From a virus (lineage: Duplodnaviria; Caudoviricetes), in the IMG/VR virus record IMGVR_UViG_3300033402_000749, positions 1 to 25,161 of that record: a DNA stretch of 25,161 bases; one strand, 5' to 3'. The notes below the pieces were generated by a model. It did not search any database and had not been told where the DNA came from. It saw only the letters and a program-made list of their open reading frames with translations. Shown here one piece after another: positions 9,181-19,029 of the stretch; position 1 is the first letter of the stretch; every line of letters begins with the position of its first letter. The position numbers were made by a program, and so were the translations under genes.

Positions 9181-10314
9181 TCAATTGCGGTCAGCACGAA
9201 TCTCGAAGACGATGGCGGTCGCGCCTCCTGGAACTCTGCTCATTAACTCCCGCACTCTCCCGCCCGAAAGCGTGGCACCGCCCGTCTTCAGGTCGTAGAT
9301 CGCGATGACGTTCTTCTGTGCGTCGTCCCAGAGCGCGACGTCGGTTCTGATCGTGCCCGCTGCGCCATATTTCGCTGTGTCCAGCAGACTGAAGCTCTGC
9401 TCGACGCCCTCCGTTCCAATGCCGGGAAGATTGAGCGCGCGCACTGCGTTGGCGAACGCCACATGCAGCGCGGTCCCGTAGAGCGGTCCCACGCCTCGTG
9501 GAATACCCGCGTCAACCGCGGCTAGCGTATTCAGCAACAAGTCGGTCGTCTTGTCGATTCGGGGATCGCCAGTGTGAGGCACCTTGGCGATCGCAATTTG
9601 GGCGTATTGCCCTCCCGGCTTGATCGGATCGGGATTGGCGTCGCAGAGAACTTGATCGGGTTGAGACGGTTGTCGAAGGGTCACCGAAAACTCGGTGGAT
9701 TCGTGCAAATCGCTCAAGCCTGCGTCGCTGCCGATCGATGACTCAGTGTCTGATGCCCCCTCGTGTCCCGCTCTCGAACGAAAAGACAAAGCCGGAGCTT
9801 CTAGGTCTCCGACCCCGTCGCGCGTCCATTGTCCGCTCGGTCGCCCGTTGCCGGCAGGCACTCGCGGTTGGTCGGGAGAATATTTTTCGGTCCGATCGAC
9901 CGACGCCGAGTCGAGATCAAGTGCGCGCGATGCTTCGAGTGGCGTCATGCCCGCTCTCATCAATCCATCGGCCATGAACAGCCGATAGGCTGCGTGCTTG
10001 GGCTGTTTCAGCGGCCACAGGCCGGTCATGGCCGGGTGCATCGAGGCGAGCGCCGCGTCGCCTTCACTATATTTGACAATCGCTCGCCTGATATAGCTGA
10101 ACGCGCGGGGTTCGAGCGGTCGTTGGTAGGCGGCGCAAAGCAACGCGCTGACGCGGGCGTCGTCGATTGCCGGCGAGCGGACGCCGCGCTTCGCGGAGGC
10201 AAGCCTTGTTCCGGCGCCGAGCACCAGCCAGTCGTCGACGAAGGTCAGTGCGGCATGCAGCGGTGCGCGCGAACCGTGCGCGTCCCATTGCTTGCGCAAT
10301 TGCTCGAAAAGCAT
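9181..10314 (-). CDS. putative polymorphic toxin: helical N-terminal domain, KYSPDQPRVPAG linker, C-terminal PD-(D/E)xK (restriction-endonuclease-fold) nuclease
   Basis: C-terminus YGTALH...VEQSF...YG..GTIRTDV...IAIYDLKTGGATL resembles Tox-REase tips of Rhs/CdiA proteins. ATG 10314 preferred; the frame is open to 10443. Confidence 0.75.
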   Translation of the reverse strand: MLFEQLRKQWDAHGSRAPLHAALTFVDDWLVLGAGTRLASAKRGVRSPAIDDARVSALLCAAYQRPLEPRAFSYIRRAIVKYSEGDAALASMHPAMTGLWPLKQPKHAAYRLFMADGLMRAGMTPLEASRALDLDSASVDRTEKYSPDQPRVPAGNGRPSGQWTRDGVGDLEAPALSFRSRAGHEGASDTESSIGSDAGLSDLHESTEFSVTLRQPSQPDQVLCDANPDPIKPGGQYAQIAIAKVPHTGDPRIDKTTDLLLNTLAAVDAGIPRGVGPLYGTALHVAFANAVRALNLPGIGTEGVEQSFSLLDTAKYGAAGTIRTDVALWDDAQKNVIAIYDLKTGGATLSGGRVRELMSRVPGGATAIVFEIRADRN

Positions 10315-10462
10315 CGCACATCTCACATTCTTGGATGGATCGACCGCGAAGGCGCCGCGCTTGCGCCGATAGGCGTCGTCGAGGACAAAGCGTTGGCGTC
10401 GCTCATTGTACCTGCGTGCGTCGACCGCTCTTTCGCGCTCCACGAGGGAAACTGCGGACCGC

Positions 10463-11332
10463 TCAGTAGGCGATCTGCGGCGGCGGGACGAAGGGGAAGC
10501 CGCGGAAGGCGGCGAGGTTGGCGAAGCGCGACGAACAGGTCGCCTGGGTGTGGTCGCAGCCGGCGTAGACGGTGAACGCGTCGCCGGCAGCCGGCGGCGA
10601 GGGCAGGGGATAGATCAGGCTGAGCGACGCGCCGACGGCGACGCTCTTCACCGTTGCGCGCAGGTTGGCGTTGACGCCCGAAGCGAACACGATCGAGCCC
10701 TGCGCATGGCTCGCCTGCGCGCCGGAAAAAGCGATCAGCGTCGCCGTCGAACCGGCGCCGACCGTTCCGTTCGCCGCATAAGTTCCGCGCGGGACGCCGC
10801 AGCCCGAGTCGTAGAGCGTGTGCAGGCAGGTCGGCGAATAGAGGTTGCGCGGCATGTCGTAATCGAGCACGACGAGGTCGGACGCCACGGTGATCGTCGC
10901 GCTGGTGCGCCCGACTTGGTCGACCGTCGACACCCGGCCATGAAACAGCGTCACGCCGCCGATCGGCGTCGTCCCCAGCGCCGTCATGAAAACACGGTCG
11001 CGCTGCACCGTCGCGCCGTCGAAGGCGCCGTCGCGCAGCGCCTCGAGGAACGGCGCGCCGGCGATCAGGTCGGTCGGCCGCGCGGCGATGACGATCTGCT
11101 GCTTGTCGACCTCGAGCCCGACCGAGGCCTTGTATTTGAGCCCCTGCACCAGCGGGCCGTCGGCGCGAAACGTCAGGCCGTTATAGACGACCGGCTGGTC
11201 GACATTGGCGTAGGCGAGGACCGTTCCCGTCGCCAGCGTGAACGTAAAACAGTCGGCGAACGCGATTGGCGCGTCGGGGTTGGCGCGCGCGGCGTTGAGG
11301 AAGGCGATCAGGGCGGCAGAGGCGGTTTTCAT
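10463..11332 (-). CDS. DUF2163 family baseplate hub protein (BR0599-like C-terminus)
   Basis: G.FDGA.V, C.HTLYDSGCG, GDAFTVYAGCDHT..TC..RFANL..FRGFPFVP; GGAGG RBS. Confidence 0.92.
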   Translation of the reverse strand: MKTASAALIAFLNAARANPDAPIAFADCFTFTLATGTVLAYANVDQPVVYNGLTFRADGPLVQGLKYKASVGLEVDKQQIVIAARPTDLIAGAPFLEALRDGAFDGATVQRDRVFMTALGTTPIGGVTLFHGRVSTVDQVGRTSATITVASDLVVLDYDMPRNLYSPTCLHTLYDSGCGVPRGTYAANGTVGAGSTATLIAFSGAQASHAQGSIVFASGVNANLRATVKSVAVGASLSLIYPLPSPPAAGDAFTVYAGCDHTQATCSSRFANLAAFRGFPFVPPPQIAY

Positions 11333-11354
11333 ACGGCTCCTCCGGAGGGGCGGC

Positions 11355-11450
<96 letters not shown>

Positions 11451-11459
11451 TCCTTCCCG

Positions 11460-12077
11460 TCACGACGTTCGCACCGACCGGAATTTCAGGCTTTGCAACG
11501 TCCACAGGTTCTGCATGAACTGCTCGAAATCTTGCGCATCGTCGTCGAAGCGGCATTGGAAGGCATAGGAAAACGACGCGGCGATCAGCGCGCCGTTCGG
11601 CGGCGCCGCCGCGAAGACCAAGCTGTTGGGCGTGACGAGCGACCAGCCCGAACTCTGCGCGACGCCGCCGACGGTGACCTGGGAAACGCTCGTCACCCAG
11701 CCGACCGGCTCGAGAAATCCCCCAAGCGCGCGCGCGAACATGAAGCTCGTCGTCGATCCGTCGCCGGTGGCGAGATTCTGCGCGGTCGCCACGTTGTCGG
11801 TGGGGTCGGCATAGAGGAACGCGCCCCATTGGCCCTGGCATTGCAGGAAGAGCCCCATCAGGCTCTGCAGCGATTCCGCGCCGAGCCCGGGATAGCTCGA
11901 CGAACTCGAATCCATCCCGTCGAAGGTCAGCTCGAATTGCCAGATCGGATTGACATAGAGCGCGTCGCGCACCTCGCGTCCCGAGACGTGACTGGCGACG
12001 ATCGTCGCAAAGGTCGGCTTCTTGTGGACGCTCCAGCCCTGGCCGGGAAGCGTGGGGAAGGATGGCGGCGTAGTCAT
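11460..12077 (-). CDS. DUF2460 family distal tail protein
   Basis: FPTLPG.GWSVHKKPTF.T......SGRE.R, GDGSTT.F, CRFDDD; AGGAG RBS before ATG 12077. Confidence 0.88.
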   Translation of the reverse strand: MTTPPSFPTLPGQGWSVHKKPTFATIVASHVSGREVRDALYVNPIWQFELTFDGMDSSSSSYPGLGAESLQSLMGLFLQCQGQWGAFLYADPTDNVATAQNLATGDGSTTSFMFARALGGFLEPVGWVTSVSQVTVGGVAQSSGWSLVTPNSLVFAAAPPNGALIAASFSYAFQCRFDDDAQDFEQFMQNLWTLQSLKFRSVRTS

Positions 12078-12115
12078 AGGGCGCTCCTGTGGAGCGGCGA
12101 GGCGCGAATGGAAGG

Positions 12116-12185
12116 AGGCACTAGGCAATGGGCAGTAGGCAGTGGCGATTTCTCCGTATTGCCTACTGCCTACTGCCTACCGCCC
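12116..12185. repeat. palindromic heptamer-repeat element
   Basis: aggcactaggcaatgggcagtaggcagt ... tattgcctactgcctactgcctaccgccc. Confidence 0.88.
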
Positions 12186-12194
12186 ATCCTCCGC

Positions 12195-14672
12195 TCACGG
12201 CCGCACCGTCTTCAATTTCACCGTTCGGAACGCCCAGAGCAGCGTCATGAAGTTCTCCAGGTCGGCGATGTCCTCGGCGAAGCGGCACAGCCACAGCGCG
12301 CCGAAGTCGGCAGAGATCACGACGCCCGATGCGGGCGCCGTGGCGAAAACGATCTGCGGCGCGTATCCCGAGGTCACCGAATAGAGCGAAGCGGAAAGTG
12401 CGACGCCGTTCTCGTAAACGGCGGCGACGCCCGACGTTCCCGCGACCGGCTCGGCGGCGGTTCCGTACGAACGCGCCAGCGCAAACGTCGTCGCCGATCC
12501 GTCGCCGACGCCGAGGATCTGTCCGTTGACGCTCGAAAGCCCCGGCGGCGCGAGCCAGAACGGCGTCGCCGCGCCGCCCATCTCGGCGAAGAAGCCGGCG
12601 ACCGCCTGCAATTCGGCGTGCGCCGCGTCGGCGCGCAGGACATCATAGGTCAGCTCGACGTCGTAATAGGCGACAGCGTAGCGCGAGCGGCGCGTCGAGC
12701 GGCCCGAGACGTGATCGGCGACGTCGGTGGCGAAGCGCGGCTTGACGTGCGTCGACCAACCGAGCGTCGCCAGCGTCGGGAAGTTCGCGTATGAGCCTGG
12801 CGACGGCGCCGGCGAGGGCGCGACGGGGGGCAGCGCCGGCCCGCGGCCGCCAAGCCAATTGCCGGCCGGCCAGTCGCCCGCGTCGCCCCACACATCGGCG
12901 CGCAGCGGGAAAGTGGGGAACGGCCGCGCGTCCCAGGCCCACACGCAGGAAAACGCGAACGACGCCATAGGAACGCCGGCGGCCGACGTCGCGTTGTTCC
13001 CGTCGACGCACCAATATTCATAGATCGCTTGCAGCGCGAGGGCGGCGATGGTGTCGTCGCGCTGCGGCTCGTAACCGCCGCCGGGAATCGCCTGCCAGAT
13101 CGACCAATAGGGCGTTGCGCTGTCGCTCGACTTCGGGTCGAAGAAGACGTTGGGCTGGTTGGTCGCCTTGTCACAGGCGGGGAGGCCATATTCGATGAAG
13201 CCGATCGATTTCGATTGCGGCGCCCATTCCGTCGCCGGCCCATGCGGCGTCCAGCCCGTCCCGTCGCCGTCGTCGTAGATCGCCTGGTGCGCGTTCAACC
13301 ACCACCAGCGCAACTGCTTGTTGGCGAGCGCCTGCTGGCCCGGGTAATAGGGGCTACGGGTCTGCGCGAGACGGTCGCCCTCGGGCAACGAGACGACGAG
13401 GTCGGAGCCGTTGGGATCGAGCCCGCGGCCGTCGTTGCTCCCGTCGGCGTACCACCAATTGAATTTCTCGCCACCCTCGATGTTGGCCTTGAGATAGGGC
13501 AGCGAATAGAGCGTCGGCGCGCCGGAAAGCCCGAGGCCGCTCATCGCCGACGCCGAAGGCGGCCAGGCGCCGGAGGGGGCGGGATTGAGCCAGTTGAGCG
13601 CGTCGAGGCCGCCGTCGCCGGTCGTCCAATCGCTGAGCGGCAGATAGTTGTCGAAGCCGACGAGATCCACGTTCGGCGACGCCCACAGCGAATCGAGATG
13701 CGGCCACTGGCCGTTGGCGCCCGGATGCTGATAGCCCATCCAGTCCGACCAGTCGGCCGAGTAGGCGATGAGGTTGGTCAGCGTCGAGAGATTCTTGGTC
13801 AGGCCTTGGCCGTCGAAAATCGAGCGGACGTCGGCGGCGAGCTGCGCCAGGCCGGCGACGAACGGGTAATCCCACACCGCATGACCGGCGCCGTCGGTCG
13901 TCCCCGCCGGCGTCCAGGCCGGCCCGCGGATCGTTTCGAGGCCGCGGAGTTCCGACCCGAGCATGAAGAGGTTGACGCCGCCGGCGATCGTGCACAGCCA
14001 GGCGTAATGCAGGATCATCCGCCGATACGCATAATCGGTCGGCGAGCCGGAGTAGGCGACGGTCAGATTGATGGGATCGGGCGTGAACTGCGACGGCGCC
14101 GCGGACCCCAAGAAGGCGGCGACCGCGCTCGTCGCCGCCGCGCTGACGTCGGGCGAATGCGTGATGAGGCCGCGCCAGGGATAGCCTGGGGCGGTCATCA
14201 GCAGGAACGGGTAGAAGACGACCTTGAAGCCGCGCTCCTTCAAATCGCGGATGCAGCGCACCATGCTCTGGTCGGACGGCGCGCCGCCGTAGACGAAGCT
14301 CGCCCCGTTCGTGGGCGGCGCGATCAGGCCGGGTGAATTCTGGTTGAGGCCGGAGACGCGCCACTCGTCCGCCGCGCCGCTCGCTTGCTGAAATTCGCCG
14401 CCGATATACGTCGTCGAGGGATAGACTTGGCAGGCGCCGGCCTCGAGCGAATTGGCGAACCACGCGCAGACGATCGAGACGGTTGCGCATTCCGGGTGCG
14501 CCGCCTGCAATTGGTCGATCGCGGTGGAATAGTCGGTCTTCGATCCGCCCGGCGCGAAATACGTGTTGATCGGCTGCATCGGGCAGCCGACGCGCCCGCC
14601 CTGGTAGGCGACGGCGTCGTAAGCAAATTCGCCCGTCGAGGGGAGAAGGTGAACGCCGAGAACGGTGGGCAT
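12195..14672 (-). CDS. GTA TIM-barrel-like domain protein fused to a C-terminal DUF2460 domain
   Basis: [90 protein letters not shown] are RcGTA megatron TIM-barrel motifs; 12195-12792 is paralogous to 11460-12077. Confidence 0.88.
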   Translation of the reverse strand: MPTVLGVHLLPSTGEFAYDAVAYQGGRVGCPMQPINTYFAPGGSKTDYSTAIDQLQAAHPECATVSIVCAWFANSLEAGACQVYPSTTYIGGEFQQASGAADEWRVSGLNQNSPGLIAPPTNGASFVYGGAPSDQSMVRCIRDLKERGFKVVFYPFLLMTAPGYPWRGLITHSPDVSAAATSAVAAFLGSAAPSQFTPDPINLTVAYSGSPTDYAYRRMILHYAWLCTIAGGVNLFMLGSELRGLETIRGPAWTPAGTTDGAGHAVWDYPFVAGLAQLAADVRSIFDGQGLTKNLSTLTNLIAYSADWSDWMGYQHPGANGQWPHLDSLWASPNVDLVGFDNYLPLSDWTTGDGGLDALNWLNPAPSGAWPPSASAMSGLGLSGAPTLYSLPYLKANIEGGEKFNWWYADGSNDGRGLDPNGSDLVVSLPEGDRLAQTRSPYYPGQQALANKQLRWWWLNAHQAIYDDGDGTGWTPHGPATEWAPQSKSIGFIEYGLPACDKATNQPNVFFDPKSSDSATPYWSIWQAIPGGGYEPQRDDTIAALALQAIYEYWCVDGNNATSAAGVPMASFAFSCVWAWDARPFPTFPLRADVWGDAGDWPAGNWLGGRGPALPPVAPSPAPSPGSYANFPTLATLGWSTHVKPRFATDVADHVSGRSTRRSRYAVAYYDVELTYDVLRADAAHAELQAVAGFFAEMGGAATPFWLAPPGLSSVNGQILGVGDGSATTFALARSYGTAAEPVAGTSGVAAVYENGVALSASLYSVTSGYAPQIVFATAPASGVVISADFGALWLCRFAEDIADLENFMTLLWAFRTVKLKTVRP

Positions 14673-14708
14673 GGGCGAGCCTCCGGCGAGCGGCGCGCGG
14701 CCGGCGAC

Positions 14709-14828
<120 letters not shown>

Positions 14829-14832
14829 TTCT

Positions 14833-16152
14833 TCACGTCCCCGCCAGCCGCCTCAGTCCGAGGTGCGCGCCGTGGCGCACCGCCTCGTCGATCGCCTTCA
14901 TCATCGTTGCGCTGTTGGCCTTCATCCATTGCGCGACCGAGCCGGAATCGACCGCCGAGACGTGAAAATTCGTCGTGGGATGGATATGCACCGCGCCGCT
15001 CCGAGTCGCGCCGCTCGCCGGCGCCTCGTCGGACAGCATTTGGCGAAATGCGCCGGCCTCAACGGCGGGCATCACGAGCTCGTTGTGATGCACCAGGGTC
15101 AGCATGTCCTGCGGGACCTGCCACATGCCGATGTCGGCCGAGGCGACCGCGCCCGCCATCCCGGCGACCGTCGCCTGCGCCGCCGTCGCCGGGCCGGCGG
15201 CGAACGGCCCCATGATGGGGGCGAGAAAGCCGAACACGCCGGCAAAGGCCTCCGCGGCGGAGGACAGGATCGAGCGAACGATGATCGCCGATTGCGTCGC
15301 CAACGAAGCCGCCGCGCCCGCCTGTTCGGCGCCGGTGCGCGCGGTCACGCCGGCGGTCGTCGCCGCCGTCTTGGCAGCCTCGGTCGCGATCTGCCGAACG
15401 ACGGTCTCTTCGCCCCATTCGATGAACTTGATCAGCAGGTCTTCGAGAACGTTCTTGAACGCCGTGCGCCAGTTTTCCGTTCCCGAGAGCAGGCCGTGCA
15501 ATTGCGAATTGAAGGCTTGCGTGACCGTATTGCCGAACGCCTGGTATTCGCGCTCCTGTTCGTTGACCGCGTTGCGAACCAGCGCCGTCGCCTGGTCCTG
15601 GCGGCGCCGCTCGGCGTCGAGCATTTGATCGTCGATGCGTTGCTTTTGCGCGCCCGACTGCTCGCCGAGAGCGGCCTCACGCTGCAACGCCGAAATCTGC
15701 GCGGCCAATTCTTCGTCGAGGGCCTGACGCGACAGCGCGACCTTCTGCATCTGGGTGATCTGGTGCTGCCGCGCCTCGTCCGCATAGAGCGCGAGCTTTT
15801 GCTTGAGGCCGTCCTCGACCGCCTTGATCTCTTCGGAAATCGCCAGTTTCGCCCGACGGATCGCGTCGGCGGACGCGGCCTCGTCGCTCGTGCGGATCGC
15901 CTCGGCGGTTTCCGCATGGGCGGCGGCGAGCGTCTTTTCGAGCGCAGCCGAGGCGCCGAGCGCGGCGTCGAAGGCCTGCAGGCGCGTTGGCGCGAACGCC
16001 TCGCCGATCGAGGCGCCGAGCGCGGAATACTGGCCGTTCAGTTGCGCGAACGGCTCGGAAAGGCTCGCCAGCGCGTCCTTGGCGTCGCCGACGCCGGCGA
16101 CGAGGTCGCCGACCGAAGCGGTGAAGCTGACGGCGATATGGGCGTCGGTCAT
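14833..16152 (-). CDS. tail tape measure protein (short, 439 aa)
   Basis: Ala/Gln-rich helical protein after the chaperones; C-terminal ASADIGMWQVPQD....VHHNELVMPA and IHPTTNFHVSAVD. Confidence 0.85.
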   Translation of the reverse strand: MTDAHIAVSFTASVGDLVAGVGDAKDALASLSEPFAQLNGQYSALGASIGEAFAPTRLQAFDAALGASAALEKTLAAAHAETAEAIRTSDEAASADAIRRAKLAISEEIKAVEDGLKQKLALYADEARQHQITQMQKVALSRQALDEELAAQISALQREAALGEQSGAQKQRIDDQMLDAERRRQDQATALVRNAVNEQEREYQAFGNTVTQAFNSQLHGLLSGTENWRTAFKNVLEDLLIKFIEWGEETVVRQIATEAAKTAATTAGVTARTGAEQAGAAASLATQSAIIVRSILSSAAEAFAGVFGFLAPIMGPFAAGPATAAQATVAGMAGAVASADIGMWQVPQDMLTLVHHNELVMPAVEAGAFRQMLSDEAPASGATRSGAVHIHPTTNFHVSAVDSGSVAQWMKANSATMMKAIDEAVRHGAHLGLRRLAGT

Positions 16153-16177
16153 GGGCGCGCCTCGTTACGGAGTGACG

Positions 16178-16429
16178 TCAAAGCTTGCCCCGGGGGAACG
16201 CGGCTTGCAGCTCGGCGACCGTCGGCTGACGCGCCGGCCACTTAGCGTCGTGATCGGCGGGGCGATATTTCAGCGCGGCGGCGAGAAGCCAGTGCGCCGG
16301 CGGATGGACGCGCCACTCCGCCGCCAACGCAAGGTAGCGCGGCGCGGTCAGGCCATCGAGCGCCTGATCCCAGGTCCAGCCGGTGCTGGCGACGACATGG
16401 GCGATCAGACGGTCGAAGTCGATTTTCCC
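16178..16429 (-). CDS. tail assembly chaperone T segment (expressed as GT fusion by -1 frameshift)
   Basis: Frame GKIDFDRLIAHVVASTGWTWDQALD...W..HPP opens at the slippery site, has no good start of its own, and ends just before the tape measure gene. Confidence 0.75.
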   Translation of the reverse strand, partial: GKIDFDRLIAHVVASTGWTWDQALDGLTAPRYLALAAEWRVHPPAHWLLAAALKYRPADHDAKWPARQPTVAELQAAFPRGKL

Positions 16430-16785
16430 GCCTGGGGCGACGCCTCCCGCGTCGCATCCGACGGTTCGACGGCGCGTAGGCCCGCCGCTTTGGCCAGCGC
16501 CGGAAACGCCTGGATCAACTCGCTGACCGAGAACGGCAGGTCGAGAAACTCCTCGTAGCCGAGCGCCGGGTCGACGACGGCGATGGCGCGCCAGGTCGCC
16601 TCGGCGAGCAAATCGTATTGCGCCTCGCCAAGGCGGGCGACGCTGGCGGCCGAGACGTCGGCGCCGCCGGCCTCGGCGTAGACCTCGAACAACGCCGGCT
16701 GAATCGCCTTGATGGCGCGGAACGGCAGATGCGGCAGCGCCCATCGGCGCCCGGCGAGCGCAATCGCAAAGGTTTCCTCGCTCAC
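16405..16785 (-). CDS. tail assembly chaperone G
   Basis: GTG at 16785 overlaps the tail tube TGA (GTGA); 126 aa (SEETFAIALAGRRWALPHLPFRAIK...); lies between tube and tape measure. Confidence 0.8.
   Translation of the reverse strand: MSEETFAIALAGRRWALPHLPFRAIKAIQPALFEVYAEAGGADVSAASVARLGEAQYDLLAEATWRAIAVVDPALGYEEFLDLPFSVSELIQAFPALAKAAGLRAVEPSDATREASPQAGKSTSTV
16423..16429 (-). other. programmed -1 ribosomal frameshift site G GGA AAA
   Basis: Frame 0 reads GCG GGA AAA TCG; the -1 frame reads GGG AAA ATC GAC. X XXY YYZ pattern at the same position as lambda G/GT. Confidence 0.8.
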
Positions 16786-17516
16786 GCGGCGTCTCCGAAG
16801 TTGAGCTGGCACACCTGCCCGGCCGCGTTGGCGAAGCAGGCGAAGTCCAGCTCGGGAACCATGAAGTCCTCGAGCTTGGTGCCGAACGCCAGCTTGTCGG
16901 CGACGCAATTGTAGAGCAACACCGAGAACTGCTTGCCGGTGGTTGGGTCGGAGGCGAAGAGATTGGCGGAGAACGTGATCGACGGGCCGATCAGCGCCGA
17001 GGCGACCGCGAGGCTCTCGCCGCTCGCCGCCACCGTGTAGGTGTAGGAGATCAGCACCGCCGCGCCCGCGTCGCCCGCGGCGAAAGTGTAGACGCCGTCG
17101 GAGACGGAATATTGCCCCGTCGCTGGGTTCGAGGCGACCTGCTTCAAGGGCAGCGCGCTCGCGGCGTAGACGACGCCCTGGTCGGCGACGAAGGTCGTGT
17201 GCAGGCTCGTGGTGTAGGCGTAAGGCGAGGACGAGGGCACGCTCGCCGCCTCGCCGAATTGCGTTTGCGTTCCGCCGACGCTCGGCGCGACGCCGAAGAA
17301 CAGCGAGCCCAACGCCTGCCCGGAAATGCGCGCGAGCTTGGCCTTGCCGGTCATCTTGCGCGCGCCCGAACCGATCGCGACGGGAAAGTTGTACTGGCCG
17401 TAGAGCGCCTTGGTCGAGGTCGCGACGCTGAGCGAAATTTCCTGCGCGAGGCCGAAATTGATCGGCGTTCCGCCTTGCGGCGTGCCGATCAGCACGCCGG
17501 AGCCGAATACGAACAT
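16782..17516 (-). CDS. major tail (tube) protein
   Basis: MFVFGSG.L, FGLAQEISL, KALYGQYNFPVAIG.G, TKLEDFMVPELDF; AGGAG RBS; position before G/GT and tape measure. Confidence 0.82.
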   Translation of the reverse strand: MFVFGSGVLIGTPQGGTPINFGLAQEISLSVATSTKALYGQYNFPVAIGSGARKMTGKAKLARISGQALGSLFFGVAPSVGGTQTQFGEAASVPSSSPYAYTTSLHTTFVADQGVVYAASALPLKQVASNPATGQYSVSDGVYTFAAGDAGAAVLISYTYTVAASGESLAVASALIGPSITFSANLFASDPTTGKQFSVLLYNCVADKLAFGTKLEDFMVPELDFACFANAAGQVCQLNFGDAA

Positions 17517-17639
17517 GGGGAGGTCTCCTGCGGTGGGGGAAGCGTCTTCGAGTCAAAGAAATGCGAAACGGCGCGGCGTTGTCGAGCGCGCGGCCGCGGT
17601 GTGAGTTCAGCGGTTCTTCAACGGCGGTCGGCTGGTCCA

Positions 17640-17920
17640 ATCAGTCGGAATTCGACGAGCATGAATTTCATCATCCGCCGGCGCGGCGAATTGCCTGACA
17701 TCGGCGCGTCGAAATAGTCCTGGAACTGGCGGATCTGGTCGATCGTCCATTCCTTCGGCAGCGTCGCGAAGGCGTCGGGGGTCGAGCCGGCGCGGTAATA
17801 GTCCAGCGTCGCCGCGTCGCGCCTCAGCGCGATGTTGACGGTGAGCGCGATCTGCTCGACCGGGCTCATGCCATAGAGCCGATGGGCGCGGACGTTGCGC
17901 GGGAGATAGAGCAGCTCGTC
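17640..17920 (-). pseudogene. internal portal gene fragment (direct repeat of 21006-21286)
   Basis: 281-bp colinear match with 13 mismatches by hand count (about 95%): DELLYLPRNVRAHRLYGMSPVEQ...RRRMMKFM. Confidence 0.92.
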
Positions 17921-17965
17921 CGCGGTAGGCGGACAAATAACATCGGCCCGCCGTGGGCGACATCG

Positions 17966-18235
17966 CTACTCGGGTTTTGGCAGATGGCGCAATTGCTCGA
18001 TCGGATCCCAATCCTTCGGGGGGTTGCGGGATCGAGAACGCCAACGCATACCCTCGCTCGCCCACTTCTTGCGCCATTCCTCGTCGGATATGCCGAGATC
18101 GTCGTCCGTCACGCCAAACTCGAAATCGCAACAAGGGCAGAACTCGTATGATCCACCTCCGCTCGACGGACGGGGCGGTTCTTTGAGGCCTGGATAACCG
18201 CATACTGGACAGACGAAGCGCACAGGTTCACTCAT
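17966..18235 (-). CDS. Cys-rich CPCC-like putative immunity protein (89 aa)
   Basis: CPVCGYPGL.EPP...SYEFCPCCDFEFG..DD...WR.KW...G..W; GGAGG RBS; ATG 18235 overlaps the end of the toxin frame. Confidence 0.8.
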   Translation of the reverse strand: MSEPVRFVCPVCGYPGLKEPPRPSSGGGSYEFCPCCDFEFGVTDDDLGISDEEWRKKWASEGMRWRSRSRNPPKDWDPIEQLRHLPKPE

Positions 18236-18687
18236 TGTCATCACCTCCACTGTCGCCCGACTGACGATCCCAGTATGAAGGGTTAGTTGGTTTGAAGAAT
18301 GTTCTCGTGGTCCCGTTTGCATTGTAGGCGCCAAACGTGTTGGATTTTGGGTCGTAAATGCGAATGATCCCACTCTGGTCGACCTTTTGCAAGTAACGCT
18401 CTTTGACTGAACGCAAGAAGAATTCATTGGCGAGCCCAGCATATTCTTCCAAGTTTTGCGCGCCGAAGTCGTCGGCGTGTTCTATGTAACGTCTGTCTAG
18501 AGTCTCCGGGTCGCCCCACGTGGAGGTCGCAGGCGGCGCAAAAGACATCTCTCCTTGCGGCAAGTCGCGCAGATTGATCCAGCCGCTACCCGGCCCGACC
18601 GGCGAGCCGGGGGAAAGCGTGATCATTCGGCCAGTCACCGTATCGAAGTAGTTCTCGCTTTCGCCTTCGTCCTCGGTCTGCGGCTTG
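18228..18687 (-). pseudogene. orphan toxin tip 2 (BECR-like RNase, CdiA-CT-like)
   Basis: Begins with KPQTEDEGESENYFDTVTGRMITLSPGS...WINLRDLP, homologous to the portal extension, then WGDPETL...H..DFGA....EY...A..F...IRIYDPKSNTFGAYNANGTTRTFFKP...YW. No convincing start. Confidence 0.75.
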
Positions 18688-18782
18688 GCCGAACCCGTGG
18701 CATCGGAGCGCTTCGTTCACGCGCTAGCACTTGCCTTGTCGCGCTACCAGTCTCAGCGCGACAGTCCCCAATGAACAAGCAT

Positions 18783-18998
18783 TCAATCGTCAGCGCGCAG
18801 GTCTGGATATATGTTCTCTATTGGAAATATTATGTCGCGCGCGACGTCGCCCATCAAGTCACCGACCGCCTTGTTAAATCTCGATTTCAAGTTCTTGTCG
18901 GTGATCTTTTCGACCTCCGCGAACAATTTCACAATTATGTCATCCACGGATTTGCCCAGGGATAAGATCGATTTTGCAACGTCCTTGTCCATCGTCAT
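18783..18998 (-). CDS. putative immunity protein for orphan tip 1 (71 aa, helical)
   Basis: Small, AT-richer ORF with GAGG RBS directly after the orphan tip; GDLMGDVARDIIFPIENIYPDL C-terminus. Confidence 0.7.
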   Translation of the reverse strand: MTMDKDVAKSILSLGKSVDDIIVKLFAEVEKITDKNLKSRFNKAVGDLMGDVARDIIFPIENIYPDLRADD

Positions 18999-19029
18999 CC
19001 TCTTGAGTCTCTGGAGAAAGTCGCGCTAG

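Noticed and set aside
16786-17640. 411-aa ORF 16405-17640 as a single gene
   Set aside because: The upstream part is an alternative frame of the tail tube gene; the real start is GTG 16785.
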